Assembly (NCBI GenBank): GCA_964016885.1
Contig: OZ024743.1
Span: forward strand, 136,524,001 to 136,588,000
Direction: 5' to 3'
Source of the DNA: Eledone cirrhosa
Lineage: Eukaryota
Length of the DNA stretch: 64,000 nt
Every line of letters starts with the position of its first letter. The first letter of the stretch is position 1. The notes beneath the pieces were generated by a model. It saw only the letters and a program-made list of their open reading frames with translations. It searched no databases and had not been told where the DNA came from. A program made the position numbers and the translations under genes. Positions 47,801 to 59,000 of this stretch are shown here, in pieces.

Positions 47801-50800
47801 GGTGTTTGGTGTTTGGCGCTTGGTGCTTGGTGCTTCGTGATTGGTGCTTGGTGCTTGGTGCTTGGTGTTTGGTGCTTGGTGCTTGGTGATTAGTGTTTGT
47901 TGCTTGGTGCTTGGGGTTTGGTGGTTGGTGCTTGGTGCTTGGTGTTTGGTGTTTGGTGTTTGGTGTTTGCTGTTTGCTGTTTGGTGTCTGCTTTTTAGTG
48001 TTTGGTGTTTGCTGTATGGTGTTTGCTGTTTCGTATTTGGTTTTTGCTGTTTGGTGTTTGGTGTTTGCTGTTTGGTGTTTGGTGTTTGGTGCTTGGTGCT
48101 TGGTGTTTGGCTTTGGTGCTTGGTGCTTGGTGTTTGGTGCTTGGTGCTTGGTGTTTGGTGCTTGGTGCTTGGTGCTTGTTGTTTGGTGCTTGGTGCTTGG
48201 TGCTTGGTCTTTGGTGCATGGTGTTTGGTGTTTGGTGCTTGGTGCCTGGTGCTTGTTGTATGGTGTTTGGTGCTTGGTGCTTGGTGTTTGGTGTTTGCTG
48301 CTTGGTGTCTGGTGTTTGGTGCTTGGTGTTTGGTGTTTGGTGCTTGGTGCTTGGTGCTTGGTGTTTGGTGTTTGGTGCTTGGTGCTTGGTGTTTGGTGTT
48401 TGGTGCTGGGTGCAGGGAGTTTGGTGCTTGGTGCTTAGTGCTTGGTGTTTGGTGTTTGGTGCTTGGTATTTGGTGTTTGGTGTTTGATGCTTGGTGCGTG
48501 GTGCTTGGTGCTTCGTGTTTTGTGTTTGGTGCTTGGTGCTTGGTGCCTGGTGCTTGGTGCTTGGTGATTAGTGTTTGGTGCTTGGTGCTTGGTGTTTGGT
48601 GCTTGGTGTTTGGTGCTTGGTGCCTGGTGCTTGGTGTTTGGTGTTTGATGCTTGGTGTTTGGTGTTTGGTGTTTGGTACTTGGTGTTCGGTGCTTGGTGC
48701 TTGGTGCTTGGTGCTTGGTGTTTGGTGCTTGGTGCTTGGTGCTTGGTGTTTGATGTTTGGTCCTTGGTGCTTGGTGTTTGGTGTTGTGTGCTTGGTGCTT
48801 GGTGCTTGGTGTTTGGTGCTTGGTGATTGGTGCTTGGTGTTTGGCGTTTGCTGTTTGCTGTTTGGTGTTTGGTGTTTGCTGTTTGGTGTTTGCTGTTTGG
48901 TGCTTGGTGCTTGGTGTTTGGTGTTTGGTGCTTGGTGTTTGGTGCTTGGTGCTTGGTGCTGGGTGTTTGGTGCTTGGTGCTTGGTGTTTGGTTCTTGGTG
49001 ATTGGTGCTTGGTGTTTGGTCCTTGGTGCTTGGTGCTTGGTCTTTGGTGCTTGGGTTTTGGTGTTTGGTGCTTGGTGCTTGGTGTTTGGTGCTTGGTGTT
49101 TGGTGCTTGGTGCTTGGTTATTAGTGTTTGGTGATTGGTGCTTGGGGTTTGGTGTTTGGGGCTTGGTGTTTGGTGCTTAGTGCTTGCTGTTTGGTGTTTG
49201 GTGTTTGGTTCTTGGTGCTTGGTGTTTGGTGTTTGGTGTTTGGTGCTTGGTGCTTGGTGCTTGGTGTTTGGTGCTTGGTGCTTGGTGCTTGGTGTTTGGT
49301 GCTGCGTGTTTGGTGTTTGGTGTTTGGTGCTTGGTGCCTGGTGCTTGTTGTTTGGTGTTTGGTGCTTAGTGCTTGGTGTTTGGTGTTTGGTGCTTGGTGC
49401 TTGGAGGCTGGTGTTTGGTGCTTGGTGTTTGGAGTTTGGTGCTTGGTGCTTGGTGCCTGGTGTTTCATGCTTGGTGCTTGGTGCTTGGTGTTTGATGTTT
49501 GGTGCTTGGTGTTTGGTGTTTGGTACTTGGTGCTTGGTGCTTGGTGCTTGGTGTTTGGTGCTTGGTGTTTGATGCTGCGTGCTTGGTGTTTGGTGTTTGG
49601 TGCTTGGTGCTTGGTGTTTGGTGTTTGGAGCTTGGTGCCTGGTGCTTGTTGTTTGGTGTTTGGCGCTTGGTGCTTGGTGTTTGGTGTTTGGCGCTTGGTG
49701 CTTGGTGTTTGGTGTTTGGTGCATGGTGCTTGGTGCTTGGTATCTGGTGTTTGGTGCTTGATGTTTGGTGTTTGGTGCTTGGTGTTTGGTGTTTGGTGCT
49801 TGGTGTTTGGTGCTTGGTGTTTGGTGTTTGGTGTTTGATGCTTGGTGTTTGCTGCTTGGTGCTTGGTGCTTGGTGTTTTGTGTTTGGTGCTTGGTGCTTG
49901 GTGCCTGGTGCTTGGTGCTTGGTGCTTGTTGTTTGGTTCTTGGTGCTTGGTGATTAGTGTTTGGTGCTTGGTGCTTGCTGATTGGTGTTTGGTGTTCGGT
50001 TCTTGGTGCTTGGTGTATGGTGTTTAGTGTCTGGTGCTTGGTGCTTGGTGCTTGGTGTTTGGTGCTTGGTGCTTGGTGCTTGGTGTTTGGTGCTGCGTGC
50101 TTGGTGTTTGGTGTTTGGTGTTTGGTGCCTGGTGCTTGTTGTTTGGTGTTTGGTGCTTAGTGCTTGGTGTTTGGTGTTTGGTGCTTGGTGCTTGGTGGCT
50201 GGTGCTTGGTGCTTGGTGTTTGGAGTTTGGTGCTTGGTGCTTGGTGCCTGGTGTTTCGTGCTTGGTGCTTGGTGCTTGGTGTTTGGTGTTTGGTGCTTGG
50301 TGTTTGGTGTTTGGTGCTTGGTGCTTGGTGTTTGGTGTTTGGTGCTTGGTGTTTGGTGCTTGGTGCTTGGTGCTGGGTGTTTGGTGCTTGGTGCTTGGTG
50401 TTTGGTGCTTGGTGCTTGGTGCTTGGTTTTTGGTCCTTGGTGCTTGGTGCTTGGTCTTTGGTGCTTGGGTTTTGGTGTTTGGTGCTTGGTGCTTGGTGTT
50501 TGGTGCTTGGTGCTTGGTGCTTGGTGCTTGGTGTTTGGTGCTTGGTGCTTGGTGTTTGGTGTTTGGTGCTGGGTGCATGGAGTTTGGTGCTTCGTGCTTG
50601 TGCTTGGTGTTTGGTGTTTGGTGCTTGGTATTTGGTGTTTGGTGTTTGATGCTTGGTTTGTGGTGCTTGGTGCTTGGTGTTTTGTGTTTGGTGCTTGGTG
50701 CTTGGTGTTTGATGTTTGGTCCTTGGTGCTTGGTGTTTGGTGATTGGTGCTTGGTGCCTGGTGCTTGGTGCTTGGTGCTTGTTGTTTGGTGCTTGGTGCT

Positions 50801-53800
50801 TGGTGTTTGGTGCTTGGTGTTTGGTGCTTGGTGCCTGGTGCTTGGGGTTTGGTGTTTGATGCTTGGTGTTTGGTGTTTGGTGTTTGGTACTTGGTGTTCG
50901 GTGCTTGGTCCTTGGTGCTTGGTGCTTGGTGTATGGTGTTTGGTGCTTGGTGCATGGTGTTTGATGTTTGGTCCTTGGTGCTTGGTGTTTGGTGTTGTGT
51001 GCTTGGTGCTTGGTGCTTGATGTTTGGTGCTTGGTGCTTGGTGCTTGGTGTTTGGCGTTTGCTGTTTGCTGTTTGGTGTTTGGTGTTTGCTGTTTGGTGT
51101 TTGCTGTTTGGTGTTTGGTGTTTGGTGCTTGCTGTTTGGTGCTTGGTGCTTGGTGTTTGGTGTTAGGTGCTTGGTGTTTGGTGCTTGGTGCTTGGTGCTG
51201 AGTGTTTGGTGCTTGGTGCTTGGTGTTTGGTGTTTGGTGATTGGTGCTTGGTGTTTGGTCCTTGGTGCTTGGTGCTTGGTCTTTGGTGCTTGGGTTTTGG
51301 TGTTTGGTGCTTGGTGCTTGGTGTTTGGTGCTTGGTACTTGGTGCTTGGTGCTTGGTGTTTGGTGCTTGCTGCTTGGTGCGTGGTGTTTGGTGCTTGGTG
51401 CTTGGTGATTAGTGTTTGGTGATTGGTGCTTGGGGTTTGGTGTTTGGGGCTTGGTGTTTGGTGCTTAGTGCTTGCTGTTTGGTGTTTGGTGTTTGGTTCT
51501 TGGTGCTTGGTGTTTGGTGTTTGGTGTTTGGTGCTTGGTGCTTGGTGCTTGGTGTTTGGTGCTTGGTGCTTGGTGTTTGGTGCTTGGTGCCTGGTGCTTG
51601 TTGTTTGGTGTTTGGTGCTTAGTGCTTGGGGCTTGGTGTTTGGTGCTTGGTGTTTGGTGGCTGGTGTTTGGTGCTTGGTGTTTGGAGTTTGGTGCTTGGT
51701 GCTTGGTGCCTGGTGTTTCGTGCTTGGTGCTTGGTGCTTGGTGTTTGGTGTTTGGTGCTTGGTGTTTGGTGTTTGGTACTTGGTGCTTGGTGCTTGGTGC
51801 TTGGTGTTTGGTGCTTGGTGTTTGATGCTGCGTGCTTGGTGTTTGGTGTTTGGTGCTTGGTGCTTGGTGTTTGGTGTTTGGAGCTTGGTGCCTGGTGCTT
51901 GTTGCTTGGTGTTTGGCGCTTGGTGCTTGGTGCCTGGTGTTTCGTGCTTGGTGCTTGGTGCTTGGTGTTTGGTGCTTGGTGTTTGGTGTTTGGTACTTGG
52001 TGCTTGGTGCTTGGTGCTTGGTGTTTGTTGCTTGGTGTTTGATGCTGCGTGCTTGGTGTTTGGTGTTTGGTGCTTGGTGCTTGGTGTTTGGTGTTTGGAG
52101 CTTGGTGCCTGGTGCTTGTTGCTTGGTGTTTGGCGCTTGGTGCTTGGTGTTTGGTGTTTGGTGCTTGGTGCTTGGTGCTTGGTATCTGGTGTTTGGTGCT
52201 TGATGTTTGGTGTTTGGTGCTTGGTGTTTGGTGTTTGGTGCTTGGTGCTTGGTGTTTGGTGCTTGGTGCTTGGTGTTTTGTGTTTGGTGCTTGGTGCTTG
52301 GTGCCTGGTGCTTGGTTCTTGGTGCTTGTTGTTTGGTGCTTGGTGCTTGGTGATTAGTGTTTGGTGCTCGGTGCTTGCGGTTTGGTGTTTGGTGCTTGGG
52401 GTTTGGTGCTTGGTGCTTGGTGCTTGGTGTTTGGTGCTTGGTGCTTGGTGTTTGGTGCTTGGTGCCTGGTGTTTGGTGTTTGGCGTTTGCTGTTTGCTGT
52501 TTGCTGTTTGGTGCTTGCTGTTTGGTGCTTGGTGCATGGTGTTTGGTGTTTGGTGTTTTGTGCTTGGTGCTTGGTGTTTGGTGCTTGGTGCTTGGTGCTG
52601 GGTGTTTGGTGCTTGGTGCTTGGTGTTTGGTGCTTGGTGCTTGGTGCTTGGTGTTTGGTCCTTGGTGCTTGGTGCTTGGTATTTGGTGCTTGGGTTTTGG
52701 TGTTTGGTGCTTGGTGCTTGGTGTTTGGTGCTTGGTTCTTGGTGCTTGGTGCTTGGTGTTTGGTGATTGCTGCTTGGTGCTTGGTGTTTGGTACTTGGTG
52801 CTTGGTGATTAGTGTTTGGTGATTGGTGCTTGGGGTTTGCTGTTTGGTGCTTGGTGTTTGGTGCTTGGTGCTTGCTGTTAGGTGTTTGGTGTTTGGTTCT
52901 TGGTGCTTGGTGTTTGGTGTTTGGTGTCTGGTGCTTGGTGCTTGCTGCTTGGTGTTTGGTGCTTGGTGCTTGGTGCTTGGTGTTTGGTGCTGCGTGCTTG
53001 GTGTTTGGTGTTTGGTGCTTGGTGCCTGGTGCTTGTTGTTTGGTGTTTGGTGCTTAGTGCTTGGTGTTTGGTGTTTGGTGCTTGGTGCTTGGTGGCTGGT
53101 GCTTGGTGCTTGGTGTTTGGAGTTTGGTGCTTGGTGCTTGGTGCCTGGTGTTTCGTGCTTGGTGCTTGGTGCTTGGTGTTTGGTGTTTGGTGCTTGGTGT
53201 TTGGTGTTTGGTGCTTGGTGCTTGGTGTTTGGTGTTTGGTGCTTGGTGTTTGGTGCTTGGTGCTTGGTGCTGGGTGTTTGGTGCTTGGTGCTTGGTGTTT
53301 GGTGCTTGGTGCTTGGTGCTTGGTTTTTGGTCCTTGGTGCTTGGTGCTTGGTCTTTGGTGCTTGGGTTTTGGTGTTTGGTGCTTGGTGCTTGGTGTTTGG
53401 TGCTTGGTGCTTGGTGCTTGGTGCTTGGTGTTTGGTGCTTGGTGCTTGGTGTTTGGTGTTTGGTGCTGGGTGCATGGAGTTTGGTGCTTCGTGCTTGTGC
53501 TTGGTGTTTGGTGTTTGGTGCTTGGTATTTGGTGTTTGGTGTTTGATGCTTGGTTTGTGGTGCTTGGTGCTTGGTGTTTTGTGTTTGGTGCTTGGTGCTT
53601 GGTGTTTGATGTTTGGTCCTTGGTGCTTGGTGTTTGGTGATTGGTGCTTGGTGCCTGGTGCTTGGTGCTTGGTGCTTGTTGTTTGGTGCTTGGTGCTTGG
53701 TGATTAGTGTTTGGTGCTTGGTGCTTGGTGTTTGGTGCTTGGTGTTTGGTGCTTGGTGCCTGGTGCTTGGGGTTTGGTGTTTGATGCTTGGTGTTTGGTG

Positions 53801-54070
53801 TTTGGTGTTTGGTACTTGGTGTTCGGTGCTTGGTGCTTGGTGCTTGGTGCTTGGTGTATGGTGTTTGGTGCTTGGTGCTTGGTGTTTGATGTTTGGTCCT
53901 TGGTGCTTGGTGTTTGGTGTTGTGTGCTTGGTGCTTGGTGCTTGATGTTTGGTGCTTGGTGCTTGGTGCTTGGTGTTTGGCGTTTGCTGTTTGCTGTTTG
54001 GTGTTTGGTGTTTGCTGTTTGGTGTTTGCTGTTTGGTGTTTGGTGTTTGGTGCTTGCTGTTTGGTGCTTG
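38590..54070 (+). repeat. ~7.5-kb higher-order tandem duplication (~38.6-46.1 kb and ~46.1-53.6 kb, match continuing to ~54.07 kb)
   Basis: Offsets 7499 (38608/46107, 43924/51423), 7506 (39570/47076, 40335/47841, 45306/52812, 46107/53613) and 7527 (41601/49128, 42430/49957). Boundaries are approximate. Confidence 0.88.
44206..44650 (+). repeat. Local tandem duplication of a 217-224-bp (31-32 monomer) module, propagated in later higher-order copies
   Basis: The GATGCTG CGTGCTT landmark is paired at +217 (ORF starts 44333/44550, 51832/52049, 54687/54904), +224 (62525/62749) and +161 after a 56-bp deletion (58753/58914). It is single-copy everywhere left of 44 kb. Confidence 0.85.
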
Positions 54071-56045
54071 GTGCTTGGTGTTTGGTGTTTGGTGATTGGT
54101 GCTTGGTGTTTGGTCCTTGGTGCTTGGTGCTTGGTCTTTGGTGCTTGGGTTTTGGTGTTTGGTGCTTGGTGCTTGGTGTTTGGTGCTTGGTGCTTGGTGC
54201 TTGGTGCTTGGTGTTTGGTGCTTGCTGCTTGGTGCGTGGTGTTTGGTGCTTGGTGTTTGGTGATTAGTGTTTGGTGATTGGTGCTTGGGGTTTGGTGTTT
54301 GGGGCTTGGTGTTTGGTGCTTAGTGCTTGCTGTTTGGTGTTTGGTGTTTGGTTCTTGGTGCTTGGTGTTTGGTGTTTGGTGTTTGGTGCTTGGTGCTTGG
54401 TGCTTGGTGCTTGGTGCTTGGTGCTTGGTGTTTGGTGCTTGGTGCCTGGTGCTTGTTGTTTGGTGTTTGGTGCTTAGTGCTTGGGGCTTGGTGTTTGGTG
54501 CTTGGTGTTTGGTGGCTGGTGTTTGGTGCTTGGTGTTTGGAGTTTGGTGCTTGGTGCTTGGTGCCTGGTGTTTCGTGCTTGGTGCTTGGTGCTTGGTGTT
54601 TGGTGTTTGGTGCTTGGTGTTTGGTGTTTGGTACTTGGTGCTTGGTGCTTGGTGCTTGGTGTTTGGTGCTTGGTGTTTGATGCTGCGTGCTTGGTGTTTG
54701 GTGTTTGGTGCTTGGTGCTTGGTGTTTGGTGTTTGGAGCTTGGTGCCTGGTGCTTGTTGCTTGGTGTTTGGCGCTTGGTGCTTGGTGCCTGGTGTTTCGT
54801 GCTTGGTGCTTGGTGCTTGGTGTTTGGTGCTTGGTGTTTGGTGTTTGGTACTTGGTGCTTGGTGCTTGGTGCTTGGTGTTTGTTGCTTGGTGTTTGATGC
54901 TGCGTGCTTGGTGTTTGGTGTTTGGTGCTTGGTGCTTGGTGTTTGGTGTTTGGAGCTTGGTGCCTGGTGCTTGTTGCTTGGTGTTTGGCGCTTGGTGCTT
55001 GGTGTTTGGTGTTTGGTGCTTGGTGCTTGGTGCTTGGTATCTGGTGTTTGGTGCTTGATGTTTGGTGTTTGGTGCTTGGTGTTTGGTGTTTGGTGCTTGG
55101 TGCTTGGTGTTTGGTGCTTGGTGCTTGGTGTTTTGTGTTTGGTGCTTGGTGCTTGGTGCCTGGTGCTTGGTGCTTGGTGCTTGTTGTTTGGTGCTTGGTG
55201 CTTGGTGATTAGTGTTTGGTGCTTGGTGCTTGCGGTTTGGTGTTTGGTGCTTGGGGTTTGGTGCTTGGTGCTTGGTGCTTGGTGTTTGGTGCTTGGTGCT
55301 TGGTGTTTGGTGCTTGGTGCCTGGTGTTTGGTGTTTGGCGTTTGCTGTTTGCTGTTTGCTGTTTGGTGCTTGCTGTTTGGTGCTTGGTGCATGGTGTTTG
55401 GTGTTTGGTGTTTTGTGCTTGGTGCTTGGTGTTTGGTGCTTGGTGCTTGGTGCTGGGTGTTTGGTGCTTGGTGCTTGGTGTTTGGTGCTTGGTGCTTGGT
55501 GCTTGGTGTTTGGTCCTTGGTGCTTGGTGCTTGGTATTTGGTGCTTGGGTTTTGGTGTTTGGTGCTTGGTGCTTGGTGTTTGGTGCTTGGTTCTTGGTGC
55601 TTGGTGCTTGGTGTTTGGTGATTGCTGCTTGGTGCTTGGTGTTTGGTACTTGGTGCTTGGTAATTAGTGTTTGGTGATTGGTGCTTGGGGTTTGCTGTTT
55701 GGTGCTTGGTGTTTGGTGCTTGGTGCTTGCTGTTAGGTGTTTGGTGTTTGGTTCTTGGTGCTTGGTGTTTGGTGTTTGGTGTCTGGTGCTTGGTGCTTGC
55801 TGCTTGGTGTTTGGTGCTTGGTGCTTGGTGCTTGGTGTTTGGTGCTGCGTGCTTGGTGTTTGGTGTTTGGTGCTTGGTGCCTGGTGCTTGTTGTTTGGTG
55901 TTTGGTGCTTAGTGCTTGGTGTTTGGTGTTTGGTGCTTGGTGCTTGGTGGCTGGTGCTTGGTGCTTGGTGTTTGGAGTTTGGTGCTTGGTGCTTGGTGCC
56001 TGGTGTTTCGTGCTTGGTGCTTGGTGCTTGGTGTTTGGTGTTTGG
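50690..56045 (+). repeat. ~2.86-2.92-kb higher-order tandem duplication
   Basis: Offsets 2925 (50968/53893), then 2855 (51423/54278, 52812/55667) after a 70-bp deletion. A related 2918 offset occurs at 42637/45555 and 43189/46107. Confidence 0.8.
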
Positions 56046-59000
56046 TGATTGGTGTTTGGTGTTTGGTGCTGGGTGCATGGAGTTTGGTGCTTGGTGCTTA
56101 GTGCTTGGTGTTTGGTGTTTGGTGCTTGGTATTTGATGCTTGGTGTGTGGTGCTTGGTGCTAGGTGTTTTGGGTTTGGTGCTTGGTGCTTGGTGCCTGGT
56201 GCTTGGTGCTTGGTGCTTGTTGTTTGGTGCTTGGTGCTTGATGATTAGTGTTTGGTGCTTGGTGCTTGGTGTTTGGTGCTTGGTGTTTGGTGCTTGGTGC
56301 CTGGTGCTTGGTGTTTGGTGTTTGGTGCTTGGTGTTTGGTGCTTGGTGTTTGGTACTTGGTGTTCGGTGCTTGGTGCTTGGTGCTTGGTGTTTGATGTTT
56401 GGTCCGTGGTGCTTGGTGTTTGGTGTTGTGTGCTTGGTGCTTGGTGCTTGCTGTTTGGTTTTTGGTGCTTGGTGTTTGGTGTTTGCTGTTTGGTGTTTGC
56501 TGTTTGGTGTTTGGTGTTTGGTGCTTGCTGTTTGGTGCTTGGTGCTTGTTGTTTGGTGCTTGGTGCTTGGTGATAAGTGTTTGGTGCTTGGTGCTTGCGG
56601 TTTGGTGTTTGGTGCTTGGGGTTTGGTGTTTGGTGCTTGGTGCTTGGTGTTTGGTGCTTGGTGCTTGGTGCTTGGTGTTTGGTGTTTGGTGCTTGGTGTT
56701 TGGTGCTTGGTGCTTGGTGTTTGGTGTTTGGCGTTTGCTGTTTGGTGTTTGGTGTTTGGTGCTTGCTGTTTGGTGCTTGGTGCTTGGTGTTTGGTGTTTG
56801 GTGTTTGGTGCTTGGTGCTTGGTGTTTGGTGCTTGGTGCTTGGTGCTGGGTGTTTGGTGCTTGGTGCTTGGTGTTTGGTGCTTGGTGCTTGGTGCTTGGT
56901 GTTTGGTCCTTGGTGCTTGGTGTTTGGTGCTTGGTTCTTGGTGCTTGGTGCGTGGTGTTTGGTGATTGCTGCTTGGTGCTTGGTGTTTGGTGCTTGGTGC
57001 TTGGTGATTAGTGTTTGGTGATTGGTGCTTGGTGTTTGGTGTTTGGTGCTTTGTGCTTGGTGCTTGGTATCTGGTGTTTGGTGCTTGATGTTTGGTGTTT
57101 GGTGCTTGGTGTTTGGTGTTTGGTGCTTGGTGCTTGGTGTTTGGTGCTTGGTGCTTGCTGTTTGGTGTTTGGTGTTTGGTTCTTGGTGCTTGGTGTTTGG
57201 TGTTTGGTGTCTGGTGCTTGGTGCTTGGTGCTTGGTGTTTGGTGCTTGGTGCTTGGTGCTTGGTGTTTGGTGCTGCGTGCTTGGTGTTTGGTGTTTGGTG
57301 CTTGGTGCCTGGTGCTTGTTGTTTGGTGTTTGGTGCTTGGTGCTTGGTGTTTGGTGTTTGGTGCTGGGTGCATGGAGTTTGGTGCTTGGTGCTTGTGCTT
57401 GGTGTTTGGTGTTTGGTGCTTGGTATTTGGTGTTTGGTGTTTGATGCTTGGTGTGTGGTGCTTGGTGCTTGGTGTTTTGTGTTTGGTGCTTGGTGCTTGG
57501 TGCCTGGTGCTTGGTTCTTGGTGCTTGTTGTTTGGTGCTTGGTGCTTGGTGATTAGTGTTTGGTGTTTGATGCTTGGTGTTTGGTGTTTGGTGTTTGGTA
57601 CTTGGTGTTCGGTGCTTGGTGCTTGGTGCTTGGTGCTTGGTGTTTGGTGTTTGGTGCTTGGTGCTTGGTGTTTGATGTTTGGTCCTTGGTGCTTGGTGTT
57701 TGGTGATTGGTGCTTGGTGCCTGGTGCTTGGTGCTTGGTGCTTGTTGTTTGGTGCTTGGTGCTTGGTGATTAGTGTTTGGTGCTTGGTGCTTGGTGTTTG
57801 GTGCTTGGTGTTTGGTGCTTGGTGCCTGGTGCTTGGGGTTTGGTGTTTGATGCTTGGTGTTTGGTGTTTGGTGTTTGGTACTTGGTGTTCGGTGCTTGGT
57901 GCTTGGTGCTTGGTGCTTGGTGTATGGTGTTTGGTGCTTGGTGCTTGGTGTTTGATGTTTGGTCCTTGGTGCTTGGTGTTTGGTGTTGTGTGCTTGGTGC
58001 TTGGTGCTTGATGTTTGGTGCTTGGTGCTTGGTGCTTGGTGTTTGGCGTTTGCTGTTTGCTGTTTGGTGTTTGGTGTTTGCTGTTTGGTGTTTGCTGTTT
58101 GGTGTTTGGTGTTTGGTGCTTGCTGTTTGGTGCTTGGTGCTTGGTGTTTGGTGTTTGGTGATTGGTGCTTGGTGTTTGGTCCTTGGTGCTTGGTGCTTGG
58201 TCTTTGGTGCTTGGGTTTTGGTGTTTGGTGCTTGGTGCTTGGTGTTTGGTGCTTGGTGCTTGGTGCTTGGTGCTTGGTGTTTGGTGCTTGCTGCTTGGTG
58301 CGTGGTGTTTGGTGCTTGGTGTTTGGTGATTAGTGTTTGGTGATTGGTGCTTGGGGTTTGGTGTTTGGGGCTTGGTGTTTGGTGCTTAGTGCTTGCTGTT
58401 TGGTGTTTGGTGTTTGGTTCTTGGTGCTTGGTGTTTGGTGTTTGGTGTTTGGTGCTTGGTGCTTGGTGCTTGGTGTTTGGTGCTTGGTGCTTGGTGTTTG
58501 GTGCTTGGTGCCTGGTGCTTGTTGTTTGGTGTTTGGTGCTTAGTGCTTGGGGCTTGGTGTTTGGTGCTTGGTGTTTGGTGGCTGGTGTTTGGTGCTTGGT
58601 GTTTGGAGTTTGGTGCTTGGTGCTTGGTGCCTGGTGTTTCGTGCTTGGTGCTTGGTGCTTGGTGTTTGGTGTTTGGTGCTTGGTGTTTGGTGTTTGGTAC
58701 TTGGTGCTTGGTGCTTGGTGCTTGGTGTTTGGTGCTTGGTGTTTGATGCTGCGTGCTTGGTGCTTGTTGCTTGGTGTTTGGCGCTTGGTGCTTGGTGCCT
58801 GGTGTTTCGTGCTTGGTGCTTGGTGCTTGGTGTTTGGTGCTTGGTGTTTGGTGTTTGGTACTTGGTGCTTGGTGCTTGGTGCTTGGTGTTTGTTGCTTGG
58901 TGTTTGATGCTGCGTGCTTGGTGTTTGGTGTTTGGTGCTTGGTGCTTGGTGTTTGGTGTTTGGAGCTTGGTGCCTGGTGCTTGTTGCTTGGTGTTTGGCG